From positions 1 through 64,000 of IMG/VR virus record IMGVR_UViG_3300046167_000825: a stretch of 64,000 nucleotides of DNA. One strand, written 5' to 3'. How positions within the stretch are numbered: position 1 is the first letter of the stretch; the number at the start of each line of letters is the position of its first letter. The notes under the pieces were generated by a model. The model had not been told where the DNA came from. It made no database searches and saw only the letters and a list, made by a program, of their open reading frames with translations. The translations under genes and the position numbers were made by a program. Positions 47,444 through 60,000 of the stretch are shown here, one piece after another.

Positions 47444-48322
47444 CTACAAATCCGTGATTGGATACTCTTCCCCGTAAGTATCTTCCCAGAAGTTCATGTG
47501 GTGTGTGCGTGTTTGGATATCTTTACTGCTTGAGAGGTCTTCCCTCGTTTGATAAATGTCATCTTTCTTCAACAAGCGTGGTTCATCGGGGTCACCATTG
47601 ACACCATCTGTCTGCTTCCAGTAGATGACATCAACGAGATGGACGGGGTACTCAAGGGTTTGCTGGATGCTAAACTCTGTCCTTGCTTCAAGGGAGAAGG
47701 ATCTAGTCTTTTGTTCCAACAGTTCCCTTTCGTTCTCTAATTGTTCATACAAATCACACAACTTAATGATTTTCTCTTCAATCTTATTTCTCTTAGTTCG
47801 GATTTCCTTCTCAGTCCATGCTCTGGACTTCTTTATGGTCTTTATCGCCCACAACTGTTTTGACATAGGAATCTCGGCATTACCGATGTGCCACTTGGGG
47901 TCTTTATTCCAGTTGAGCCACCCACCCGTGTAGGTCTCTTCAGAGGGACTACCCGACAGAGGGGCAACGACACCACCCATTGTGGTGTTCTCATAATAGG
48001 TATTCCCATCGTTTTCGATTACTTCAATATCTTTTGGGGTGATGAACATAGAGATATTCAAGGGGTTTCCCCCCACTGAGATATAGACCTTCAAGAGTTT
48101 TTCTAGCGTGCTATTTCGTGTGACATAGAACCTCTTTCTTTTTTGGTTGGGTTTTTTGGTGTCTGTCGTTTTCTCATACTCCACGAACAATGTCCCAATG
48201 TGGTCTAGTTCGGCATCTATCGTTAAGATTCTTGAATCTAAATCACGCTTTTCTTCGAGAATGAACTTACGGAAAGACATCCACGAGCCTCTCCGAGTCA
48301 TTGCCAACCATCTAAAAGACAT
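47444..48322 (-). CDS. Hypothetical coiled-coil protein (probable virion component)
   Basis: Last gene of the - strand structural operon. Confidence 0.65.
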   Translation of the reverse strand: MSFRWLAMTRRGSWMSFRKFILEEKRDLDSRILTIDAELDHIGTLFVEYEKTTDTKKPNQKRKRFYVTRNSTLEKLLKVYISVGGNPLNISMFITPKDIEVIENDGNTYYENTTMGGVVAPLSGSPSEETYTGGWLNWNKDPKWHIGNAEIPMSKQLWAIKTIKKSRAWTEKEIRTKRNKIEEKIIKLCDLYEQLENERELLEQKTRSFSLEARTEFSIQQTLEYPVHLVDVIYWKQTDGVNGDPDEPRLLKKDDIYQTREDLSSSKDIQTRTHHMNFWEDTYGEEYPITDL

Positions 48323-48323
48323 C

Positions 48324-50801
48324 TTATTCCTCCTCTGAAATGAGCATCTTCACTAGGAACTCCAATAATATAGAAGGCAAACCACCAGCGACAAGTAACA
48401 TCCCAGCAGCGTGCGTTTCATTGGTGTCCTCTGATATCGGTTTCAATCCCGAACTAAGCAGTTGTGTTACCAGTTCATCTGTGCCATTGGCAGTGTGTGC
48501 CAACGCATAAAGAGGAACACTCAACTCCAGTGTGAAACCCTTCAAGAGTTCAAGGAACATATTGATGAGATTTATGATTTGCTGTATTCTCTTAATCTTA
48601 TCCTCGATGGCATCAATCGCTTTCAGAATCTTCTTCCCGAAGGACTCTAGCGTTTCTTGGAGTGTTTCCATGAAGTTGATGGTCGAACCCATAATATCCT
48701 CTACAAACGGGATACCTTGTGGGAATAGTCGCAAGACCTCCCAATTAGAACTCCCATCTAGTTTTTTCGACCCAAAGAGTAGATTAAGGATGGCGAGGAT
48801 GAAGGCTTCTTCTTCTGGGTCAAACTCTCCCTTGTCATTGTCAGTACCCAAGACATTGTCGGTGTTCGGAGCACTATAAAACTTTGCCTTTTCCACGAGG
48901 TTTCTAGCCTCTTTAACTTCTGCCCTCTCGGAGAGACTGTCCTTTATTGTTTCCAACAGTAACGGGGCATCACTGCTTGCTGAGGTTTTCATGGCATTAA
49001 ACCGTGAGCGTATGTTATCCTCTTGTAGCAAGCGTTGTTTCCTATTAGCGAAGTGTTTCTTAAACGCTTGTGCTACTGTGCCATAAAGACTATCTATTTT
49101 CTCATCACTTGTGTAAAAGGTTTCTTTAATCTCTGCGATACCTTCTTTGACGGGGGTGATACTTTCCGCTGAATCTAGGAGGGTTTGTTGTAAGGTTTCA
49201 GTACAGCGAACTGTTTCAAAGGCTTTGTCTAACGCTCGGTTGACATTACGCTTCACTCTCCGACCAAACTCCTTACCGTTTTTATATCTGTCGGAGGTCT
49301 GCATCCCCATAACTTCCATATTGATGGTGGGCATGAGGGAAGCAATAGCGGGATTGACAAAAACCTCTTTATTCTCAACGGTTTTTTTCAAAATGTCATA
49401 GCCTCGTAGAATGGCTGTCATTACGGCATAGAAACACATATCACGGAAGTCCTCAGATATACCCGTGACATTGATTGTTATGGGCTGGGATGGTGGGGAA
49501 ACATCCTCCAAGTCTTTACCCCCAGTCTGTAAAGAGGCTCTCACCCCCCCAATGGGTACGGAGGTGAAGGCTGTTTTCTCTCCCTCTTCCGATAGGGAAT
49601 CCTCTGTGAATAGGGCATACTTCAAATCGAGTCCTTCGTGATATGCCTTCGGTGTCCGAAAAAGAGCCACACTCTGTTCTTCTATGGCAGAGTTGTCCAT
49701 GATCTTCTTACGGGCATCTACCCCGACTGTCCGAACTCTGATGGCTATTTTACCACGAGGGGCATCAGAACTTGTCTTTAAGTCATAGCCTTCTGGTAAA
49801 TCCTCGTATGGAATCTCCACCTTGAAGTTCTGGCTGTTATCCATCGACAAAGGATACATCGGAACAAAATAGGTTCGTTGGAGTTTCCCTTCAGCCAATT
49901 GAAACTTGGTAAGTGCGATGCCTTCCGAGTTGGGGTTGGGGATTACATTATATAAGACTTGGTCTGTTTCTGTAATACCTTGAAGACCCCCGAAGATTCT
50001 TAGATTGGTGTTGTCGTTGGTGTCCGTCACCAGTCCTCGAACTCGCTTCGCTTTCCCGTCTATGACGGTAGCCCCAGTTAGTTCGGCATCGTATGCCAAA
50101 TAATAACCCGATAGTTCGGTGGAGATTTCAATAATAAAACCCCCAACGGCATTTGCACCCGAATTGCTTGCCACTTGCCATTGGATTTCTACGGCATCCC
50201 CCGTTGGGTCACTGAAAAGACCCTCTCGGACTTTCACACCCCTCGCTGAGACATTGGTCACTTCAGCGACCTTCCTTGCCTTCTTCCTCACGAAGAAGTT
50301 GATGAACTTTTCGATATTCGCAATGATTTTAGAGATATTGACATTCCCAATAGATGTGTCACCATATATGTATAAGCCAAAGCAAGCACTTTGAGGTGAG
50401 AAGTTTGGTCGGTTGAGATCCTCCTCATTTGTGAGTCGTGCCAACATTCTTCTCTCAAAGGCTGGGAAACCCCCCAACAGTTGATCGACATCGTCAAACA
50501 ACGCCCTATCCGATGTGAAATAAAAGCCTATCTGTCGTAAATCCGACAAGAGGGCTTTCAGCAAGGCAATGATTCTCTTAACGATAGATAACAAAGGGTT
50601 GAGGAAGCCCCGAACAAAGGCTTTAATGAAGTCCAACACAAACAGAGAGAAGTCTAAGACAGCATTGATAGCCTCCAACAAGGACTGTAACGCCTCAATG
50701 GGGCGTTCAATGTTGATGGGGATCTCTAACCCCTTCACACTCATCCATTGGTTTTTATCCCAAGCCTCTTGGACAGTGGGCGTTAAATCTTTATCAGCCA
50801 T
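48324..50801 (-). CDS. Probable virion protein with amphipathic helical N- and C-termini
   Basis: 825 aa; long Ile/Leu amphipathic runs at both ends; FN3-like middle. Confidence 0.65.
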   Translation of the reverse strand: MADKDLTPTVQEAWDKNQWMSVKGLEIPINIERPIEALQSLLEAINAVLDFSLFVLDFIKAFVRGFLNPLLSIVKRIIALLKALLSDLRQIGFYFTSDRALFDDVDQLLGGFPAFERRMLARLTNEEDLNRPNFSPQSACFGLYIYGDTSIGNVNISKIIANIEKFINFFVRKKARKVAEVTNVSARGVKVREGLFSDPTGDAVEIQWQVASNSGANAVGGFIIEISTELSGYYLAYDAELTGATVIDGKAKRVRGLVTDTNDNTNLRIFGGLQGITETDQVLYNVIPNPNSEGIALTKFQLAEGKLQRTYFVPMYPLSMDNSQNFKVEIPYEDLPEGYDLKTSSDAPRGKIAIRVRTVGVDARKKIMDNSAIEEQSVALFRTPKAYHEGLDLKYALFTEDSLSEEGEKTAFTSVPIGGVRASLQTGGKDLEDVSPPSQPITINVTGISEDFRDMCFYAVMTAILRGYDILKKTVENKEVFVNPAIASLMPTINMEVMGMQTSDRYKNGKEFGRRVKRNVNRALDKAFETVRCTETLQQTLLDSAESITPVKEGIAEIKETFYTSDEKIDSLYGTVAQAFKKHFANRKQRLLQEDNIRSRFNAMKTSASSDAPLLLETIKDSLSERAEVKEARNLVEKAKFYSAPNTDNVLGTDNDKGEFDPEEEAFILAILNLLFGSKKLDGSSNWEVLRLFPQGIPFVEDIMGSTINFMETLQETLESFGKKILKAIDAIEDKIKRIQQIINLINMFLELLKGFTLELSVPLYALAHTANGTDELVTQLLSSGLKPISEDTNETHAAGMLLVAGGLPSILLEFLVKMLISEEE

Positions 50802-51024
50802 TACAGCCCCCTTTCTCGGCTTTCATCATTTTCTCACGGAGAGCCACGATCTTGGCTTCTTCTTCAATGATTTCTTTTTCAAAGAGAGTCTTCATGTCAG
50901 TGAACAAGGTGATCAACTGTTTGGCTTGAGGGATTTCTAGTTCCCCCTTCTCTTTCATCTGGTGTGGAACACCTTCAGTGACACCAAGTCGTTCTAGTAT
51001 CTCTTTCATTTCATCTTTTGTCAT
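50794..51024 (-). CDS. Small coiled-coil protein
   Basis: Overlaps both neighbours. Confidence 0.65.
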   Translation of the reverse strand: MTKDEMKEILERLGVTEGVPHQMKEKGELEIPQAKQLITLFTDMKTLFEKEIIEEEAKIVALREKMMKAEKGGCNG

Positions 51025-54000
51025 AGGTTCTCCACACTCTTTTTAATGTTGATTAATTCTTGTTCATCCTTCAAGTCCTTTTCGAGAATACCTCTCGCTC
51101 GATTTGCTGAAGGCAATGTCCCATTTGATTTGTTCGTTCGGAATGAAATCCATGTGTATCTCAAGTTTCTCAAGCGATCTGACGAATCAAGGATATCATC
51201 AAGTCTATCCACGAGATGTGGTCGACCAGAACCAGTCACCAACACTGTACCGTCACGCTCAAAAGAAGCGAAGGGGGTCGTGAGGGCTGGATCAAGAGGT
51301 GTTTCGTAGTCTAAGTTGTATTCCCCACACCAATATCTTCTGTCTTGGACAGAAAGACAATCAGAGGTGTTTAAGAAGGGGGACACATTACGAATACCAC
51401 CCAATGACTCCATGAGAGCATTAGACACCAAGCCGTATCCCCTACTTGTATCTGTGGGGTCATCTATCTCTAGGATGTGATCTTCCAATTGAAAAATGTG
51501 ATAACTCCCCGCTTTGTTTTTACGGGAGGGTTCAAGAATCTCTTCCATCCACGAGAGGGTTCTTTCTCTCTGAGTCAGAACTAGATCAATCATTTCCTCT
51601 GAGAATAAACCAGTCGGTCTGATAATCTTATAAGAAAACGGCTCAAGGGAAGAATATCCTTCCCACTCGTTAACGAGATCATAGGGGGCAGTAGGTCGGA
51701 GATCATTCTGTCCTTCATCCTCACCATCGGGTGACGGAGTGCTGGTCGGGAATGTGCCATTCATTGTTGGGTAAATGGCATACTCTTGCCCCACACTCCC
51801 AAAAGTAACGGGGTTGTCTGAACTCCCAGCGAACTCATTGAGAGGATTCACTTTCAATGATGTGCTGTTGTTTTCTTCGACACGATAGAAGCCACGATTG
51901 TCGTCTAGTTCGGAGGGTAAACCCTCGACAAAACCCGTTCTCCCAAAGACACCTCTATCGCCCATCGGTCGATAGCCTTCTGCATGTGGGTCTATTATGA
52001 TTAAATCCCCTTCTTGAACACCAACGAAGTCAGCACCCACGAGATTGTTCCGAACTACACATTGACCATCGTTCCCAGTCTTAATGACCTTTTTTGTCAT
52101 GATATCCAATAACTCATCCCATGATTGTTCATGGGGAATCATGCCTTGTCGGAGATAGATTTCAAAAGTGTAGTTCGTGGGATTGATTGCTAGGTCTTCC
52201 GTTAGGAACTCATCTCTAATTGAAACTTTATTGGGGAAACTTGAAGCCCCAGAGAGAATGTGTTCCTCTATCAACAACCCATCTTTCAAGATTCTTAAAG
52301 TATCCCCTCGATTCACACCAGAGAGACCCAGTACCCCAAAGAGATAGACATCACTCAGTTCTAAGGATCTATCAGACACATAAGAAACCACGCTACCTTT
52401 CCGTTTGAAATAGATAGGGGGGAGTAAATGCAAAGGCTCATTCAATTTATCTTGTATCTCGTGCCATCTTCTCACTCGTCTGACAGAGAACTTGACCTTT
52501 TCATAGAAGGCAAGAGTGTCAGACCCATTGGGATATGCAGTACTAACAGTGAAGTCACCTATGCTTCTCATCCCAACATTGGTGTCATCCATAGAAAGAC
52601 TGTTTGTCACCACTCGTGGCTCGGCTTCACCCAAGTCTTGAACTGGGATTGGTGTCGTGGGTTCAATGAAGATACCAGCGAGGTCTTTCTGCGTTATATC
52701 AAAGGTGTTTCCGTCTTTGATATAACCCTCACCATTGATAGGTAGCACCTCTGAGATATCTATATGAGAAGGCACACCCTCTGTGAACACTCGGTTCTCG
52801 CTGAAAGTACCATGTGTCGTGTTGATAGGGGCTTCAAAGACACCTATCTTGTTGGCAGCCGTTGCGTTCGCATTGAACTCCCCACCAGCAAATGTATAGG
52901 TTTGGCTACCAGTGTCATTAGTGATGATCAGTTCTTCAAGCCCCATTAAGGTTGTGGGATCGACCTCTTCGTACCCCCGAAGCATTTCCATAAAGTCGAA
53001 TCGTGTTGCACCAAAGGATTTAAGATTGGTTATCCCAGAAACATCTCCCATTGTGGTGGGGTTGCCATCTAGGGTTACAGTAGAAATTGTGAAGATACAC
53101 GAACCAAAACCGTTTATCACTTCAATTTCTGCGATGCTTGTATAAACGAACTCATAGACCTCAGTTTCTTTCTCCACGAAGATTGACCCCGTTGAGGGGA
53201 AGCAAGTTCGATTGCCATCTCCCGTGTCAAAGAAATCTCTCACACGGATATTTTTCAGTGTTATCGAGGTGAGGTCATGTGTCTCCACTTTGGCGAAGCC
53301 AGAATCTAAGGTGTTTTGTGTTCCGAAACGAATACCAGTCTTTGTTCTTTGTTCCCCATACGGATTGAGTGGGTCAGAGGGAGCAACCACATTCTTAATT
53401 ACATAAGACCCAGAGGTCACAGCCGTTTTGGTCAGAGATTGGATAACAAGAACATCGCCTTCCACTATGTTTTCTATAACCCCGTTGATGAGAGTCAGTG
53501 GGATGGCTGTGTAGGGGTTAACCATTGTTGTGTCTTGGTTTCCAATGTCTGAGGTGATAGCAAGGAAGCCGTCAGAAACATACCCCTCACCGTCACAGAT
53601 TATTGAAGTGGTGTTCTCATCTGAACTAGCCATAGCCGAGAAGCGAACTCCATTGATGTTCAAGGGAGTATTCTGAACACCCTCCCAAGACGGGACAGTA
53701 AAATCCTCTGTGAGGAAAGTGAACGGTGTCGCACCATTGATTGAGTTCGTTCCGTTTATGTAGGTCATGGGATAACCATCGCCAATATCAGAACCGTACT
53801 CATGTTCCACACGACCAACATACAAAGAGGTTTCAAGGACTAGACTATTGTCATTCGGATGGACGGTATCTCTGACAGTAGAGGCACAACCCCCCAAGCC
53901 CAAGTCATACTTCAAACGATCTGCACCGACAGTAGTCAGAAAAGAACCCGTGTAGGCTTCTTCATTCAGTGGTGTTCCGATACCACCCCAACTATCATCA

Positions 54001-57000
54001 AAGGCGTTCAGCCCCAATGTGAAGTCGAAGAAAACGGTATCATCTCCACCAATAGGTGTTCCAATGAGGGCAAAGTCAAACCAACCAATTCCTTGAACAC
54101 CGAGAACAACATTTGGAGTAGGATATGTCACGGGATCAACTGTATTCATATCCACGATGTCAATAATGATAGATGGACTTGAGTTCTGGGCTATTTTTTT
54201 ATCTACTGATACACCAACATTGAGTGTGTGGTGTAGTTCTAGTTCGGAGAGGATTGCACCAGTGGGGTGATCGATAAGAAGAAGACGGGCAGCATTTCTG
54301 TTTCCTTCTGGCACAGCAGTATCGACTGTCTGATTGAACCAAGAGATAAAACCCTCCCACGAGAATGTCGTTTGGGAAGATAAATCGAAAGTGGTGTAGT
54401 TATTGATGGCATCTTCAAGAATGACCATTCCGTTTTCTGCGTTTCCTAGTCCATCCACGACAGTGGACACATGAGCCATAGCGTTATCAACGATGTATTT
54501 ATCAAGAAGACCACTTTGTTCGGATACAAGACGAGGCACGCCTATGGTATTGCTCCCGACACTCCCAACAGAGAGAATCCCTTGCCAAGATTGTTCATTG
54601 GAATTAATTGGTTCAACCAATAATAGGTCGTATGATCTTACATCTGCAAGTCCAGTTCGGAGAGAGTAAGAGCCATTGACGGGTAGGAAGTTAACCGAGT
54701 CTGTTAAGAGGGCTTCACTTGTTAAGACTCCGTTTCTGCCGACAACTTCATTGGGATAGACGGCATTGTTATTTGAGAGGGCATCTTGGTCGAACAAGAA
54801 ATCAAAGGCTTTCGCCATCTGCCCTAGAACGGCTAGTTCGGTCTCACCCGATTTGAGATAAGGGAGTGTGTAATCCCCGCTGTCGTTTTTCTCTTGTCCA
54901 AGCAAACAAGGGAGTTTGGCTGGTTGCGTGTCCCCATTGTAGAAGAAGGTCACCCCTTCAAGACACTCATAAGGTTCTGGTGGGTTTTGGCTGAGTATCT
55001 TCTGCCAATCGAAACGGTCATCATCTTTTGAGGGGAAGGATTTATCAATCATTTGCCCCGATTTTCTATCGAGAGCGAAATCCCACCAAGTCGAATAGGC
55101 ATCGGACTTACCTTTCAGTTCGGCTTGTTCATCTAGGTCGGGGTCAGAAGGGGCGTTGGGCATGTAGTCATCTGTTCCGATGAATAAAGAATCTCCGAAT
55201 GAGATATCAATCTCCTCGAAAGTAGTTCGTATGAAGTCAGCCACATCCATGATGGCGTTCCCATCCTCATCTTGGAAAGTCAGAACACACCCAGCGATTA
55301 CTTCCTCGATATAAACATAAGTCGGATATATAACCCCATTTGGGTATCCCACAAAGACTTTATCCCCTTTATTGAAAGGAGGCGTGTGGAGGTCATAATC
55401 CCCCGAAGAAGCATCGTATATTTCCCCACCACCGATGACCATACGAGATGTGTCGGGGATTCCCTTTGAATCAGTGGGGAATTGATTGAGGGCGACAACC
55501 GAGATAACAACGGCGGGTCTTTCCCCAATAGTGATACTGAGGGCAGATTCGATTTCGGGGAAACCCGTGGGAGAATAATCATAAACTCTCCCTCTCGCTA
55601 AACGCTTCTGGATATCTAGATCAGAGATATTCTCTATTGTCCCTTGAACGGGATTACTGATCGCTCCGATTTGAGAACCTTTCGTGGAGTACCATTCCTC
55701 ATCAATCTCTCGTCCGTTGGTGAAGACACCGTAAGGATTATCCCCATCAATCAATGTCCCAGCATATGTCCTCGTGAACATATTAGTTCGCTCTGGGAAC
55801 AAACGACTGACAGTGTGATTATCCCCCATTGGTTTGTAAACACCCTTCGTCCAAAAACCTCTAGCCCAATCAAAGGACAGACCCTTTCGCCCAACCAGCA
55901 CGATGTCATCTATGTCATTCCTCGTGTAGGATTTCTGCTCGTTGAGAAAACTCCGTATCTCAGACATGTTGAGATCATCACCCTTCAAAACATAGTCGTC
56001 ACGACTAGCCCCACCATCGGGTTGTACAATAGCATCCTCAATCGTTAAAGGAATCCGAGTCAAACTCAGTTCCTCAAGAGTGTCATTAAAGAACTCCTCC
56101 CACACATTACGAGGGTTTAGGATACCCGTGAAAGGGTTCTCGTGTCCTTTAGGTGTGAGGTCATTGTCACGACCAACAAAGAACTTGAACTTGCCATCAC
56201 GGTCACCTATGAAACCACCCGTCACTGTTTCTCGTACTTGTTCAAACCCAACGATAATACGGTTGTAGACTTCTATAAACATCCGAGCCGCTTGATCTTG
56301 GTTGAGTGTGTCTTTATAAATGCCTCTACTTCCGAGTGACCCCTTCAAGAAGTTCTTGGGTGTGGTTGAGAAGCCCGTTCCAGAACCATTAGTTCCGTTG
56401 GGGTTCATATTCTGAGAGAAATCCTTTGCGACTTCTGCTAGATAGGCATCATTTTTGACAACACGAGTGAAGAAAGCATCGGGTTGACTGTAAAAGTAAT
56501 TACCCTCAATGAACCCTTTTGGGGTTCGGAGAGTGGAGTGGAGATAGGAGGCTCTGACATAGGGGACAACCACTTGTCCGTTTTGAAAGAAGGGGCTTAA
56601 AGCAGAAAGTGCTGTGCGAGACACCCACAAGACATCTCCTTTTTTTAATCCTCTCTGGAACTTATCCAAGAATCTTATATCCCCTTCTTCTGGGCTGCCT
56701 TCGTAATGGACATCCTCAATGAGTGTTTTACCAATGCCCCCCTCTTCAAATAGAACCAACTCAAAATAAGTGTCGGGAACAGAATCTCCCAGTTCAAACT
56801 CAAGGTCATTCTCAGCAAAGATGGGTCGGACAGACACTTTCGGTGGGTGCGTGTCGGGCTTGTACCCATTGGCTAACGGGCTTTGAAGTTTCACGAGAGT
56901 GAAATCCCCTTCGTCTGAGAGTTCCGTGTCCCCCACCAAGAAGACATCATCTCCGAGTTGGATGATACTATTCGTTTCAATGACTTCCGTCAGATTGCCC

Positions 57001-60000
57001 TCAAAGGTCAGTTCGGTCATTCCTCTGTCTGCTGGGAGATAAGAAACGAGGATATCCAACCAAAAGTCTAAGTCTTCAAACAGAGATTCACCACTCACCA
57101 ACATCTCGGAATCATTGGCTGGAGAAAGAGAACCTATTTCTTTTTGTGGTGCTGGAGAAATAACTATTTCAGTGCTTGTTGAGTTGTAGTTCGCTGCTTC
57201 GATTTTCAAGAGGAAGCCATCAATCCAAATCACACCACCCACCACAAAGTCCTCAGTTCGGTCGCCCTCAAGAAGAAAAGTGTCTTGTTCTTCTCGGAGT
57301 CGGAAAGGAGGTCGATAAATGGGATTATTTGAAGTGGTGTAGGATTGCTCCCCACCATCTGCTTCATACACTTGATAACTCGCTTTGAAAACATCACTGT
57401 ATAAAGGATTCCCAACAATGAAAGCCGTTCTGCCATCAAACATCAACTTATTGGTGACGGGGTCAATCTCAAAGGTGTACTCGTCAGTTTGTATTCTAGC
57501 CCCCACCCACAATGTAACCTCGCCATCTGCAATGAGAGTGTCATCTTCTAGATCAATCTCTGCCTTGAAGAAACCCGTCAGAGGGTCTATCTCAGTCACG
57601 GTTAGGTTTTTCTGTCTACGGAACACGGGGAGTTGATCGAAAACTTGAGGTAAGACAACCCCTTCCTCTGTCAGTTTCTCCCCGTCATCGTCTGCTCTAT
57701 AATATCTCGCTTCTACCACTGTTCCTTTCTTCAAGGGCTTCGTGAAGTTCAATGCCCCACCGATGGGATTCGCTTGAACATCTTGACCGAGAATCGCCCT
57801 CTGCACGAGATAGACTTTCCCAACTTGAGTTGCTGGAACAAATACCTCCCTAGAAGAATAATAGAACTCAGCGTGACCCAAGAGAGTGACATCACTGATG
57901 TCTGGCACAGCGTATGCCCTCCCACCGAGATTGTTCAGTGCCTCGTCAGAGAAGCGAACTTCCCCTTGAATGGGAGAACCCCAAGCACCGATTTCGATGT
58001 AATCCCCCGTGTTAGAAGAGAACACATTCACAAAGTGACAGTTTCCGTTACCTTTGGAGTATGAAACCTCACCCCCACCGAAGGAGATTTGAATGAACTC
58101 CCTCTCTAATAAAGGACTATCAATGACATACACACCATTTCTAGGATTTCCTAATAATTGTGACCCTATCTTGGTGGGAGTATAATCATTACTGTCGTCT
58201 GTTAAATCCCCCACACGGAAAAAGATATCACGACCATATTTCTCAGCATCACCAACATCTATAAAGAAAGCCCCACCACTCACAGAAGTTTCAACCAGTT
58301 CGACCAGTCGGATTATAAAACTCTCAGAGGGGAGATGGGATGTTGGATAAAGAATCTTATCAGCGTGAATAGATTTTGAATGACTACCAGAGAATATCTG
58401 ATAGTTCAAGTTCGATAAGTCCTCAGCGAACTGGGGATACACTTTGATTTTAGAGTTCAAGACCTCTTGAACAATGTAACTTCCTTCGAGGCTACCCCCA
58501 AGAATCTTCACTCTGTCTTTTGGGGACACCAGAGAAATCTGATTTGGATCTAGGGTTAGTTCATCCCCAACACTCACGCCATTGAAACCCTCAGCGATTT
58601 GCTCTCCTAGTGGTTCTATAATAGCCACTGTCCCCGTTTGCCCCTCGTCTAGTATGAGATAGTCCTCATCTTTCACTAGGGCGTTGAAAGTCGAACCATT
58701 TGAAACCCAGATGCCCTTATTGAAATAAGAATTGAAAGAACTCTCCACGACCATGTTAGGGGAAAGACTAATGAAGGGTGTTTCCGTTAGGACTTCGTTG
58801 ACTTGTGTGGACTCATCCACCCACATAAAGCGATTGTCATCGAACTGATAGATGATATCGTCATAATGGTGGAGGTCAGTTTGATTCAGACCCTCTCTAT
58901 AATTAAAGAAAACACCTTCACTGAAGCCTTTCATATCTTTCAGTGGTGTTTGGTCTAAATGGTGGAAGAAGTCTTGTCGGACATCCCCAATAAAACCCTC
59001 AGTCTTTTGTGTGGAATAAAAGTCCAGTTCATCTCCATCGGATTCTAAATCTTTATTGTAGGGGCTACGGAACAAACCGAAAGCCATCCCACTATCATTC
59101 AAGAAGCAAATATCCTCAGTGGTATCAACCACCCACCCAGCATTAAAACCAAGAACAGCACAACCCGATAGGTCACGGCTCTTATAAGGAAGGAGAACAC
59201 TGCCGTATTCTTTACTCCCAAAACCAATCTTGATACTCCCCGTTTTATCGGCTGTTTCCAAATATAACCGACCGTTGTAAGCCTTGAACAAACCCAAGCC
59301 CGTATCTAAAAGAGTCTCGCCTAGACTAGAAAATGAATAGGTATTCATTTTTAGGGCTGCCTCTTTTGCTGTAAGTGTTTCAGTGTAGTTCAGTTCGCAT
59401 ACGAACTTTGTGGTGTTAATCTCGAAAGAAAACACCATAGCACTGATTTCATACGGTTCTGATTTCCTAGACGGAATGGAAGCCTCATTGATTGTTCTTG
59501 CTGGAGTCACAAAGCCTTGTCGGAAGAAAACCCCATCGCCACTTTCTAACAGATTCTTTCTGTCCTTCGTATTGAAGCGAACCTCCCCATTCTCCAAACA
59601 GACCATCACAGTCCCCTTCTTAATTCTCCAAGCCCATCTCAAGTCCTTTTCTGAGGCGACAACTTCAAGTTGTTTGGTGGCGAAGGAACTAGAGAAAAAG
59701 ACCTCATCACCCACTGTCTTAATCCTACGAACTAACCCACTGCTAGATGGGAAGGGTTCGGCTGTGAGAGCATTGGGCAACAGACCCGTTCCATCTGGCA
59801 CTCTCAGAAAGCCCGATTGAAAAAGACCATTTGGTGTGGTGCTGGCATCCCCAAGAAAATAATCCTCTCCTTGAAGTGTGAGTTCGGTTGCCTTTGGGAA
59901 AAGAATGGGTTGAGTGTTGTGTGAAACACCATCATAGATGATGGCATCCTCGTAATACAAAACATCGAATAGATTGCTATCGGGATTTGCTTTTTGTAGT